The translations under genes and the position numbers were made by a program. A stretch of 64,000 nt of DNA from the human T2T-CHM13v2.0 reference genome, Homo sapiens, in the NCBI RefSeq assembly GCF_009914755.1, contig NC_060947.1; one strand, written 5' to 3'. How positions within the stretch are numbered: the stretch's first letter is position 1; every line of letters starts with the position of its first letter. Below, in pieces: positions 1-25,201 of this stretch. The notes below the pieces were generated by a model. The model saw only the letters and a program-made list of their open reading frames with translations. It was not told the DNA's origin and searched no databases.

Positions 1-593
1 GATTGCGCCACTGCACTCCAGCCTGGGCGACAGAGTGAGACTCCATCTCAAAAAAAAAAAAATGTGAAAGTTAGGGCCATTCTAAATCCTTTTACATGTA
101 TCTATGATCTTATGACTGTGAGTAAGTCCACAAAAGGGCTCAGTAAATGATGTTCTGCCCTATAGACTGGCCAGGAGCTAAAGGATATTCCAAGAGCCAG
201 TCACTGACCTGACCTCTCTTCTGCCAGTCTGAAAGAGACTCTATTTTAGGGAGGAAGCTTGCTTTCATTTCCTAGCAAACATTCTGGGCCTCAGACAAAG
301 AGCTTTAAAGGTTAGAAACCTTATAAAATGATGCCTTGCTCTTGTGAGAGGAGCCTACCTAGAGTCCAGCTTCAGTTCTTGAGCTAAATACATTTGTTTT
401 ATCCAACCACCTACTCAAGCTCAGCATAGGGGGCATTCCAGGTAAATTGATGATAACAGCTCTACCTCTAGTGACTTTAAAATCTCATTGAGTTCTGTAG
501 GCCAGGGTTAATTAAAAGAAAAAAAAATACTAAAAATGTCACTGAGGAGAAGAAACACAACAGCAAATGTAGAGAAAAAGAATACATGATGCT

Positions 594-886
594 GGCCGGG
601 TGCTGTGACTCACACCTGTAATTCCAGCACTTTGGGAGACCAAAGTGTGGATCACTTGAGCCCAGGATTTTGAGAGTAGCCTGGGCAGTATTGCAAAACC
701 TCGTCTCTACAAAAATTAGCTGGGCAGAGTGGCACATGCCTGTGCTCCTAGGTACTCGGGAGGCTAAGGTAGGACGATTGCTTGAGCCCAGGAGGTTGAG
801 GCTACAGTGAGCCAAGATCATGCCACAGCATTCCAGCCTGGGTGACAGAGCAAGACCCTGTCTCAAAAAAAATAATAATAAAATTA
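594..886 (+). mobile_element. Alu (J-like) with TSD AAGAAYACATGATGCT
   Basis: Dimeric Alu with flanking duplication at ~578-593 and ~887-902. Confidence 0.9.
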
Positions 887-1231
887 AAGAACACATGATG
901 CTGACTATGTACTTGGTGAGGGAAATTGCATGGAGTGGAGGATGGGAGTCAGGCAGTGGGACAAACGCAAGGGGCTACAGTGACCTGAGCAGGATTTTTG
1001 GAGGGGCCTGGAGTTTGAACCGGGTCTGGAAGGGTGAGAAAGGTCCAACTATGCAAACAACAGTTGACCATGTAGAGCAGGGAAGCTGCTTAGACACATG
1101 GATGTGAAAATAAGAATGACCAGTTATGGAGAAAACCAGGAGGCCTGCCTGTCCAAGTCAGAAGCCCTGTGTTTGGGTATAGTGGGGCATGAGATCAGAT
1201 AGTGAAGTACAAGGAACAACAGGCTTTAGAT

Positions 1232-1407
1232 AAGGAACCGGCAAACTTTTTCTTTAAGGATCCGCTGTAAATATTTCAGTCTTTATAGCCACATACAGTC
1301 TCTGTTACATGTTCTTCTTCTTCTCTTTACAACCCTTTAAAAATGTGAAAACCATTCTTAGCTTGTTGGCTTTATAAAACAGACCTTGGAAAATAGCCAA
1401 CCCCTAG
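1232..1407 (+). mobile_element. MER58-family DNA transposon fragment
   Basis: ggcaaactttttct...acaaccctttaaaaatgtgaaaaccattcttagct...gccaacccct. Confidence 0.6.
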
Positions 1408-2620
1408 TTTGGATAGTGGGGAGCAGGTAAGAGCAGAAGGAATATCTAAAGGGCTTGCCACTGTACAATGGTATGAATTCTTTTAGTGAGGAGAATCTGG
1501 CAGTCAAGTAGAAGAAGGGTTGAAGGCGTGCAGGGGGAAAAAGAAAATGTAGAAATTAATCAATCCAGGCATGGCATAATGAGAACTTGGATAGAGCAAG
1601 TGGTGAGGACGGAGAGGAACGTCAGAGTCTTGGGGCCACTGTAGGGAGAATAGCAAGTACCAGGTCAGCAGATGAAAGAAAGTGAGTAATACAAGTCTAG
1701 GAATTTGGATCTGGAAGATAGGAAGTATGGTGGTGACACGGAAAGAAGGAGCTTGGAAAAGGACCAGGTTGTGGGGGGACCGATATTATGGTAACTGTTA
1801 TAACTTGAATCTGAGTTGAGGGTGAATCTCCTGAGGCAGACAGAAATTTTGAAGCTGCCATATTGAATCAGTTAGTCTCTAATAGAGTAGAGCAGTAAGG
1901 AGGAAATGATGGGCAAAATTGGGGATAGCAAAAAGGGAGTCTAGAATGTTTCCCAAACTAATCTCCAGTTTCTCACAGTAATTATTTGTCCAACTTCATT
2001 CCATAAAGGATTTGAAGCACCTTCCAGAACTCATTATGAATTATTGTGATTAGTGTAATATTCTATTCAAGATTCATTCACAAGTCCCTGTTTCTTCAAC
2101 CCAAGCAAGCAATTGCTACGATTTACTGAGTACTTTTTATGCACCAGGCGTTAATAGGCTTTTTATAAACGTCAGTTCATTTGCTCCTCAGAAGTTTCAT
2201 TCTCTTTATTTTCTAAAACTTTTTTCTTGATCACAACAGTGTATGACTTTTAGGAAATGTTCAATAAGTGTTTGACTAATTATAATACATAGTCATTGAA
2301 GAAGCTTTAGAAAACAGACCAAAAAATGCTGTAATCACAACACTCAGATAACAGTTGGGTTAACGGTTGGCTGTATCTCCTCGTCTTGTTCTATCATCCT
2401 TAAAGTCAGTTCTCATGGACAGACATGCTGATCTTAGGAGAGATGCTGGAAGTTGCTTTTTTGAGTATTTTTAAATCACTCGATACTGGATATAAGCTTG
2501 TTCGGCTTTATTTGCCTTTCTCCCAAAAGCAGAGGATACTCTGTGACTGTGTATCAGAACAGATACCAACCCTGGTGAGAAGGTGCTGACCATTCTCCCC
2601 TCTCCTCCTCATACCTCCAG

Positions 2621-2788
2621 GCCTGCTATGGCATCCTCAAGGTCCCAGAAGGCAGCTGGCTGTGTCGCTCCTGTGTCCTGGGCATTTATCCGCAATGTGT
2701 GTTATGTCCAAAGAAAGGTGGAGCCCTGAAGACCACCAAGACAGGGACTAAATGGGCTCATGTCAGCTGTGCCCTGTGGATCCCAGAG
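2621..2788 (+). CDS. JADE3: JADE3 internal coding exon (end of PHD1 and Zn-knuckle of the PZP domain)
   Basis: ctccag|GCC...GAG|gtaaga; 168 nt, phase 0-0. Translates [56 protein letters not shown], typical JADE/BRPF PZP sequence. Confidence 0.96.
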
Positions 2789-3555
2789 GTAAGAATTCAT
2801 CCAGGCCCGTGAGACCATTTGCTCCAGGGTGTCCCTGTTCCCCACAACATTCAGACTGACTCAGGCTCAGTATGGAAATGCTTCATGCTTGCCCATGTTT
2901 CTGAAGTAATAGTACTTCCACTTGAGCTACCTCAGATCCTTATTGGATGCACACTTGCATGTAAGCCCATGGTGATTAATATATAGGTGGTATTCCCAGT
3001 GGTATTTGGGATAATACCCGAATATATACACGATATTTGGGATAATACCCAAATATATACATGATATTTGGGTATATCATGTATAAATTGATAAATTTGT
3101 ATGAGAGGAGAGACACAAAAGACCAGGGTGTGAGCAGCAGAATTTTTTAAGGTAAAACTTATATTTAGATGCCAAATTTTAAGTGTAGAGTTTTGTGATA
3201 TTTTACACGTTTGTATCTGTAACCACAACTCAGACCAAGACATGAAATACCCTAAAAATAGACATAAAGCACCCCAGAAAGATCCTCTATACCCACTTTC
3301 CAGTCTCTATCCCCCAAGAATAACCACCATTTTTGTCTTGATCATGATAGATTAATTTTATCTGGTTTTAAACTTCATACAGTATGTATTTTTTTCGGTC
3401 TGGCTAACACTCCATGTTGTGGTGTATATCAATAGTTTATTCCTTTCTATTGCTAATATTCCATTGTATGGATATACTCTGATTTATTCATTTTCCTTTG
3501 ATGGGCATTTGGGTTGTTTACAGGTTTAGGCTATTACAAATAAAGTGAGCAGTAA

Positions 3556-3913
<358 letters not shown>

Positions 3914-4861
3914 GATGCCCTTTACTTTTTGAAGCTCTTTTTAGGGCTTACACTCAACACCTGCCAAAGACCTTCTTTACTCAAAATTCAATTTTTTATC
4001 ATTATCTAGCCTGGTCCTTCAGTTGCTGGTATTTCCTGAGTGGCTACATGTACACTAACTTAATTAAAATGGGGCTTGAAGACATTTCTTCTTATGGCTG
4101 CCTTTTTTTTTCTTTAGCTGTGTGGATATCCCACTCATGCCCTCTCTCCCCAGCCACTATCCAAACCAGCAAATTTGTTAGGCAGTTTAACTGCATGACA
4201 AGAGAGACTGCAGAATCTAGTTAATGGGGAGCTGACATTATATCAGTAACTCATTCTCCTTTAAGATTTTCTTGTTTTTAATCTTGTTAATATTGGTTCC
4301 AGGGGAGTTATTGTCTAATAAAGAAGCTCAGAGTTACACTAAAAGTCCCATATATATACTTTTGTATTCCTATGGCTATAGACATCAGTATTTTAAAAAA
4401 ATATTTGAATAGTAGTTTCTTTTTCTCACTAAGAACATCTAGACATAAAATAAACTCAGGTTTCTGGCTTGAGAATGACTGTTTTCCAACAGCAAATCCC
4501 TCAGCTAATAGAGTAGGCTCTCTCAGCTTATAAAAGTCCAGAACATGACTCAGGAAGAGCTCTTTAAAAACAAAATAGACTTTCTCAGTTATTGACATTC
4601 TCTTATGATTTCTAGTTCTTGGTTTCCAGTGCCTTCTGGACTACTCAAGATCTGTTAGTTTCCTGATGTGGGCAGAACCAGTACTAGTTTGGCATCCTTA
4701 TTTGACAGTTCTTCACCTTTTAAAGCTGTATCTCTCTTAGAAACTCATGTATATATTTGGCGGGGTGGGGGGAATGAAAATACTTTTTACCAGCAGTTGC
4801 TTGACCCCTTATTTTCACATGGAAAAGAATATTTCCATCTTTTTAAAAAACATCCCTTTCT

Positions 4862-6133
<1,272 letters not shown>

Positions 6134-6492
6134 GCATCCCTTTCTTTTCAGCACTCTCCCAAAGACTTAATTTCACTTTGAAGCTACTTTGGCTGAGGGA
6201 GTAGGGTAAGCTCATGATAGTTATGTGGTTTTAAAGACTTTTGTTTTAAAATGTCATCCTCCTCCTTTCTACTTACATTCTGCAGTCTCTTCATTACACG
6301 GATGTGCTGTTTTTCAACAATATCATGGTTCCTTTGTAAATCAAATGGAAAGACTTGTCACTCCCTCTGTTTTTTATCCTTAGTTGATTAAATGAAACAA
6401 CAAGGCATGTAGCACCATCTCTTAACATAATAGATACTCGATTTAGTTACTTTCAGTAGCTTTCTTTGGTTCCTAAGTAAAAGTGTCCATTA

Positions 6493-7695
<1,203 letters not shown>

Positions 7696-7949
7696 AAAAG
7701 GTAATCATGCCTAGTCTATACTCCTGCTCTCTCATCCCATATGTGAATTATTTACATTACTGGAAATGAGTGAAGGACTGAGCAGTGGAAATAAGTTTTG
7801 TTTATTCTTGATTCCATATTAACCTTAAGAGATGTGACTTACCTCATTGTTTTGATGTTCTTAGCTTTATGTAACATCGTTTATGGTTTGTGAAAGGTAC
7901 TTCTGGGATGCCTTGGTACTTCTGCCTTATGGTGGTATTTTATTTGTAG

Positions 7950-8066
7950 GTCAGCATTGCTTGTCCTGAGAGGATGGAACCGATCACGAAGATCTCCCAC
8001 ATCCCACCCAGTCGGTGGGCCTTAGTCTGCAACTTGTGCAAGTTGAAGACGGGGGCTTGTATTCAG
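7950..8066 (+). CDS. JADE3: JADE3 internal coding exon (start of PHD2)
   Basis: ttgtag|GTC...CAG|gtaagt; 117 nt. [39 protein letters not shown], in frame with both neighbouring exons. Confidence 0.96.
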
Positions 8067-8391
8067 GTAAGTCCCCATGAGAAGTGGTAGAGTGGGCTAA
8101 CACCAAATTAGCTGGACTCACCCTCCCAGTGAGAGTGTCCTGTCGACTGAAAGGTCACTCAGGAGATCGCCCACCCACTCTTAGGGCTCTGCCATTGTAC
8201 GGACCATTTCTGGAAATCCCTTTTTTGGATATTGCCTCTGGACCATTCAGCTTATTCTTTTCAATATTCGTAGTGATAGTTTATCTTCATCCTTTGCTGT
8301 CAGAGCTGATGAATTAAGTGAGTTCTAAAGCTAGTTGATACCATCCTGGGTGGAAATCGGCTATAATTCTGAAACAACCAGGCCCATGTTC

Positions 8392-9005
8392 TTTTTTTTT
8401 TTTTTAATTTCAACTTTTATTTTCAATTTTGGGGTTACATGTGCACATTTGTTACATGGGTATATTGTGTAATGCTGAGGTTTGAAATACATTTGGTTGT
8501 ATCACCCATATAGTGAGCATAGTAAGTACCCAATAGGTAGTTTTTTAACCCTTGTACTCTCCCTCCTCCCTCTAGTAATCCCCACTGTCTATTTTTCCTG
8601 TCTTTATGTCTGTGTATACCCACTGTTTAGCTCCCGTTTGTAAGTGAGAACATGTGGTATTTGGTTTTCTGTTTCTGAATTAATTTGCTTAGAATAATGG
8701 CCTCCAGCTGCACCCATGTTGCTGCAAAGGACATGATTTCTTTTTTTGTTTTTTCTGTCTTTCCAACTTTTATTTTCTGTTCAAGGGTACATGTCCAGGT
8801 TTGTTACATGGGTAAATTGTGTGTTGCAGAGGTTTGGTGTACAGATAATTTTCTCACCCAGGTAATCAGCATAATACCCAACAGGTAGTTTTTCAATCCT
8901 AACCCTCAAGTAGGCCCCAATGTCTGTTGTTCCCTTCTTTGTGTCCATGCCTACTCAATGTTTAGCTCCACTTATAAGTGAGAACATGCAGTATATGGTT
9001 TTCTG
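8392..9005 (-). mobile_element. Two adjacent antisense L1 3' ends (L1PA13-16/L1PB-like)
   Basis: The block aacttttatttt...gttacatgggta...gtgagaacatg occurs twice (~8410 and ~8765). Confidence 0.8.
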
Positions 9006-9248
9006 CAATTAGGGGAGACGTGGATGGGATTGGGAAGGGCCAGTTACCTCCAGCAAAGGCACAAAGGTTGCTTTCTCTTTCCATGTTATTTCTCCTTCTA
9101 TCCCAAATGTAATAAGATGGCTCTTCTGGCTAGAGGGATGGAAGGGCTGACCTTTCACCTCTCAGACCTCCTACATGTGAACTGCAAGCTGGTTGGAGTT
9201 ATATTTGCCTGCCGACCTTCTTTGGTGAAGAGGGGACATTGCACAGTG

Positions 9249-9728
9249 CAGGGGTCCGCAACCTGCCACAGACAGGTACTGGTCCATGGCCTGTTAGGAA
9301 CCGGGCCGCACAGCAGGAGATAAGTGGTGAGCAAGTGAGCATTACCACTTGAACTCCGCCTCCTGTCAGATCAGCAGTGGCATTAGATTCTCATAGGAGT
9401 GTGAACCGTGTTGTGAACTGCGCATGCGAGGGATCTAGGTTGAGCACTCCTTATGAGAATGTAATGCCTGATGATCTGTCACCGTCTCCCATCACCCCCA
9501 GATGGGATCGTCTAGTTGCAGGAAAACAAGCTCAGGGCTCCCACTGATTCTACATTATGGTGAGTTGTATAGTTATTTCATTATATATTACAATGTAATA
9601 ATAATAGAAATAAAGTGTACAATAAATGTAATGTGCTTGAATCATCCCAAAACCATCTCCCTCCAGTCCATGGAAAAATTATCTTTCACAAAACTGGTCC
9701 CTGGTGCCAAAAAGGCTGGGGACCACTG
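9249..9728 (+). mobile_element. MER1A-like hAT-Charlie DNA transposon
   Basis: Termini CAGGGGTCC...GGGGACCACTG; internal gcattagattctcataggag and ggtgccaaaaaggctgggg. Confidence 0.85.
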
Positions 9729-10404
9729 GCTTTAGGGATAATGACTCTAGGTGCTTTGTGACATTTCTTGCTGTCTGGCATGATAATATTTTCCAGGCTT
9801 ATCGTGTAGATTTCTTGCTCTAGACCTGGGATTAGCTATTCTTCCAAGGAACCCAGGGTCTTTTACTGGGAAGTTGTAATTGAAGAACACAATCTGGACC
9901 CCCAAAGGCCCTTTTAATTTTTTGAATTCATTCTTATATTTGACAGAATTGGCTACTTCTTCTTTTTTTTAACCTTTCTTGGATGATTTTATTTATTTTA
10001 ACTATGGCACTTTAAAAATCATAAAGGAAAAATATTTAAAGGAAAACTCTTTCCATGGAGACTACTACCCTAGGACATTGCCTGTGTGTTTATCTAAGCT
10101 CTCTCCTGGTTGCTGCCCATGTGTGAGTCCCTTGAGGGCCAAGATTGTGCATCATTTTTCTGTGAATTTCCCTGGCACAAAGTAGAGAGCCTGCCCATTG
10201 TTAGTACTTAATTATGGTTTATCAAATAAATACATTCATGTTTTATTGTACCATGGATTCATTTGTGATATGCATTTCCCCCTCTAAAAATAATATATTT
10301 TTCATTTTTCAGTTATTGGTCATTTTATAGTAGCACATTGGATTTATATCCAGTAACTTATTTTCTTTATTGTGGTCACTGTAGTTTCCCCCATTTTTGC
10401 TTTT

Positions 10405-11238
<834 letters not shown>

Positions 11239-11599
11239 TAAGACTTTGGTGAGAGAAAATATTGGCCTTGACCTTAACAGACCTGGATTTGTATTACAGC
11301 CCTGATGTACCACATTCTGCCACTATTATGGTTATTTATCTATGAGTTTTATCTGCCCTAGTAGACTGTAAACTTAGACTTTCATCCTTAGATCCCCTAT
11401 ACCCGAATCTAGTAGACAGACAATTAATAGATTGATGGATGGATGATGGATGAACAGTTTGAGAGATGAAACATTCTGGTGTAAGTTTCTCATTTGCAGA
11501 GCAATGATTCTTACTTTCATTACTTGAGTTCAGCTTCTTTATTTTATAAAGGTCTTACCAAATTGAGACTCTTACAATTTTGATTATAAGGAATTTCAT

Positions 11600-15950
<4,351 letters not shown>

Positions 15951-16048
15951 AATTGAATAACATAGAGTGGCTAGAATAAAAATCTTGAAAAAGAACACCA
16001 GAGACTGATTTAGGAATTAAGGCATATCATTCCTCTTTGAAGAAACTT

Positions 16049-17860
<1,812 letters not shown>

Positions 17861-18112
17861 GTCATTTCAGTGAATGAATATAATGACCATGCTGTAATGC
17901 ACGTAGTAAAGTGTTTAAAGACACATGTATAAAAGATGCTTTGTACAAGTGCTATTTGCTTGCCACAATGAGAACAGTGCTATCTCAATTTTTTATTTTA
18001 AATTTGTAAAGATAAAAATATTTTTTAAATGGGCATAATAAAACCTCTCTATCACCTTCCGTGGTTACAGTGGAAATAAGTGAGATGTATGCAAAGGCAT
18101 TTTGTTTAATAG

Positions 18113-19236
<1,124 letters not shown>

Positions 19237-20511
19237 AAGTTTTATCTTTTAAATTGCAATTTTTATTAACACATTGTAGTTGTACATATTTGTGGGGTAT
19301 AATTTGATGTCTTTATATATGTTGTATAGTCAAATCAGGATATTTAGCATATCCGTCATCTCATGCGTTTATCATTTGTTTATGGTGAGAACATTCAAAA
19401 GCCTCTCTTCTAGCTATTTTGTAAAATATAATACCCTTCTGTTAACTGTCGTCACCCTGTGCAATGGAACACCAGAACTTATTCCTCCCAATTATAACTT
19501 CGTACCCATTGACCAGCATTTTTCACCACCAAAATATATAGATCTCCAGCTATAAATACCACAGAATTACCTTTTTTTGAAAAGAGTTGGATTTTATGGC
19601 AGTTTCCTAAAAGGTATTATATTTTTCATATAAGTACCCAATTCTTACCTATGCATTATCTTTTATTTTGAGTAATTTATGTTTATATTTGTCTCTACAT
19701 TCTATAAACATTCTATAAATTTGACCTGAGAAGATCTGTTTTTAGCTTCCCAATAATAGTAGTTTGATGTCACTTACTCATTCCCTTGAATAGAAAATCA
19801 TTTGCTTTTTCTTCCCATATCTTTAACAGTTATTAAACAGCAAAAGAGTACTGTGCCCAACACTTTAAATCTTTTACTAAAGAATACCTTTTACTTTGTT
19901 TTTCAAACGTCTGACTAGTTTCTTAGCCAAGTGATAACAAAAGGTACCCAGGTAAAAGTACATCTTGAACTTTCATCATCCTCATTTTCGAGAGGCTTCA
20001 GTGTAATATAACAAACTTTTCTGATAGTGGTGTTAAAAGCCGGGGTGGACCATCTTAGGAGCTTCTTATCTGGAAGAATTCAGTAAGTGGCTAGATTACC
20101 ACTTAATTGGAAAGTGGAGGGGGAGGTGTATAGAGTGGGGGATGGAGGCAGAAAATCAGGTACTCTCGAGGAAATTCAAGCAATAATAAATGTAAGGCTG
20201 GATTAGATGATCTTAGAATTATATTTCATCCCTGGAATTCTTTATCATATGAAATTAGTTTAAATGAAATATGGAATATGCCCCTTTAAAACTTTGACAG
20301 TTGCCAGTATCCTCTTAGGTGTTGAATTTCTCAATCTAAGATGATCTATTGGGCCTTTGCATTCTTTTTGTCTTTATTCATATGTAAGAATTAACACTTG
20401 GCTTTAACCATAAGAATTCCCAATATTTCCTTAGAAACGAATCTTCCCTTACTTTCCCCACTTCCTCTACATAAACACATAGATGCACTCATGCATTTTA
20501 AATCTTTGGGC

Positions 20512-22561
<2,050 letters not shown>

Positions 22562-23159
22562 TAAAATTTTTATGTTTAAAAAAAAAATTCAAGAAGTTAG
22601 GTTACTTAGATATTGGAATTCCTATGACTTTTTTAGAACCAGTGGATGCTCTAGCAATAATACTCACTTTGTGTGTTTTCTTTTGTTTGTTTAGAAACAT
22701 TTTCTGAGCAACTGCTTCTTCAATAGTTAATGACGATGCAAAATGAAAGACACAGCTTCTGTTTTTAAGATCTATCCCTAAGGACTTGACAATTGTTATA
22801 GGTACAGTGTGAAAAGTACCATTTTAAAAGCATTCATAGGGTGATGTGGGAGACACAGAGAAGAGACTACATGACTGTTTACAGGAGCCCAGGAAAGCAT
22901 CTCAGAAAACTTGATGCTTGAATGCTTGAGCTGAAACCTCAAAAGGAGTGTTTGAATTATTTTTGGCCTCTGTGTTTGCTGTTTTCTGTAAGAACAGGTT
23001 TCTTGGGTTACTTGTAAAGCATCTGTTATGGTCAGTTTAGGACTAACTTTCTCCCGGTCTTTCTTTTGCTTCCTACAAGCTATCAATTTAGGTCCAGAAA
23101 CATAGGTCTCTCCCTTTTCCTCCAACTCTGCTACCTTGACACCTATTTTCTTCCTACAG

Positions 23160-23630
23160 TGCTCTATAAAAAGCTGCATCACTGCCTTCCACGTCACCTG
23201 TGCCTTTGAGCACGGCCTAGAGATGAAGACCATCCTAGATGAGGGAGACGAAGTGAAGTTCAAGTCATATTGCCTCAAGCATAGCCAAAACAGGCAGAAA
23301 CTTGGAGAAGCTGAGTACCCCCACCACAGGGCTAAAGAGCAGAGCCAGGCCAAAAGTGAGAAAACCAGCCTGCGGGCACAGAAGCTTCGGGAGCTGGAGG
23401 AGGAGTTCTATTCCTTGGTACGAGTGGAAGATGTGGCCGCAGAGCTGGGTATGCCCACGCTAGCTGTGGACTTTATCTATAACTACTGGAAACTGAAGCG
23501 GAAAAGTAACTTCAATAAGCCATTATTTCCTCCAAAGGAGGATGAAGAAAATGGGCTGGTGCAGCCAAAAGAGGAAAGCATTCACACTCGAATGAGAATG
23601 TTTATGCATCTACGCCAGGACCTGGAGAGG
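23160..23630 (+). CDS. JADE3: JADE3 coding exon (end of PHD2 to start of domain II)
   Basis: ctacag|TGC...AGG|gtaagg; 471 nt. CSIKSCITAFHVTCAFEHGLEMK...YWKLKRK...HLRQDLER; matches ORF 23136..23639. Confidence 0.97.
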
Positions 23631-23989
23631 GTAAGGTGACCAGCTGTGACTAGTATATAGGCCTCGGTCTGTGTAGAAATGGAGGTCCCACTTCTGGTTT
23701 AATAATGGTCAGTCAGCTCATAATAGTGTGGGCTTCTGTGTCCTTGCTTATCTTCTGATCTCTTTATGGCCCCAGACATTGGGCTCTGTGTAAATTCTGA
23801 CAGGCACATCCAGGGGATTTGGGAGGCCTCGGGTATATGCTCTATGAACTTTACATTTGAAATAAACTCTCATTTGGTTTACTTTTTATTCACTGTTGAG
23901 CCTAAATTGGCCCATCCATATTTTACTGACATATTTATGAGACTTTAGGCTGAAGAAAGAGTGAATTTTGTTCAGGAAAACACCAAATT

Positions 23990-24202
23990 AGAGTTTCACA
24001 AACTTGGCACTGTTGACATTTTGGACTGGATAGTTGTTTGTTGTTAGGGGGCTGTCCTTTGTTGTAGGGGCAATTTAAGATGTTTACCAGCATCCCTGGC
24101 CTCTACCCACTAGATGCCAGTAGCACCCGCACACACACCCCCAGCGTGACAACCAAAAATGTCTGCAAATTACCAAATTTGCTCTCCAGTTGAGAGCCAC
24201 TC
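23990..24202 (+). mobile_element. MER20 DNA transposon
   Basis: ggcactgttgacattttggactgg...gcatccctggcctctacccactagatgccagtagcacc...gtgacaaccaaaaatgtct. Confidence 0.8.
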
Positions 24203-24419
24203 CACATGATAATTCAATATAACTCATGGTATATTTATCAGGTATCTACTAAATGAGATACTGCAGGGCTTCAAAGGTAAGTTAAGCCCTGTGTTTATCC
24301 TAGAGAATTTTCTAATTAAATGTAAATCTATAAATGGCTTGTGTTTTTTTTTCTCTGCTACCAGAATTTGAAAGAGAACTAATAGATTTGGCTCACTTTT
24401 AAAAATTTAAGACACTCAC

Positions 24420-24585
24420 ATATAGCACCTACTATTACTATTATTGCCAACACTGTCCTAAGCATTTTATAAATATTAATTCATTTAATTCTAACATGCC
24501 CATGAAAAACTATTATTATCATCATCACTATTTACAGATGAACAAACTGGGGCAAAGAAAGTTTGTGTAACTTGCCTAGGTAGGG
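24420..24585 (-). mobile_element. MIR fragment
   Basis: MIR core attaattcatttaattct...tttacagatgaacaaactggggcaaag...taacttgcc. Confidence 0.6.
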
Positions 24586-25083
24586 AGTATGAGAGAGAGA
24601 GTATTTCACCTTTGTGGCTGTGGAAACTTGGTTGAGCTGAAAGTGTGAGCAAAAAAAACACTTCTAGTCTTCCCAGTGGAACTGTATCCTGCTCGTCCGG
24701 CACTGATTAGAAAATTGTACTGGATACAGCCAGCATTGCCATCATTCGTACTCAGGGATCTAAAGGGAAGGCTGAATTGTTAAACCATTATTCAGCTTCC
24801 CAACCTGGCTGTGCAAATAAATATCAAGCCCATGACACTGCAAAGAGAGTAGGTTTCAGAAGGCAGATTTGGAGCATTTTGCTTTTACTATTGGTTGATA
24901 GATCCCAGAATTGACCATGCTGTGTGAATTCCTGTGGAGTGGGTCTCATTCTGCAGCTCTTGGATTCTGTCTTCTCTCCTCACCCCCACCTGACTTTAGG
25001 TCTTTATTTTAGCCAAACAATTTCAGTTGTCAGGTTTGCTTAACATGACAAACATCTCTATTTGTTGGGGATTGGGCTTTCAG

Positions 25084-25201
25084 GTCCGAAATCTGTGCTA
25101 TATGATAAGCAGACGAGAGAAGCTGAAGCTGTCACACAACAAAATACAGGAACAGATCTTCGGTTTGCAAGTCCAGCTTCTTAACCAAGAAATTGATGCA
25201 G
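25084..25201 (+). CDS. JADE3: JADE3 penultimate coding exon (domain II, ING/MEAF6-binding region)
   Basis: tttcag|GTC...GCA G|gtaacc; 118 nt, phase 0-1. VRNLCYMISRREKLKLSHNKIQEQIFGLQVQLLNQEIDA. Confidence 0.95.

Noticed and set aside
22796-23353. 185-aa antisense ORF overlapping a JADE3 exon
   Set aside because: No recognisable domain; partly the shadow of the sense coding exon.
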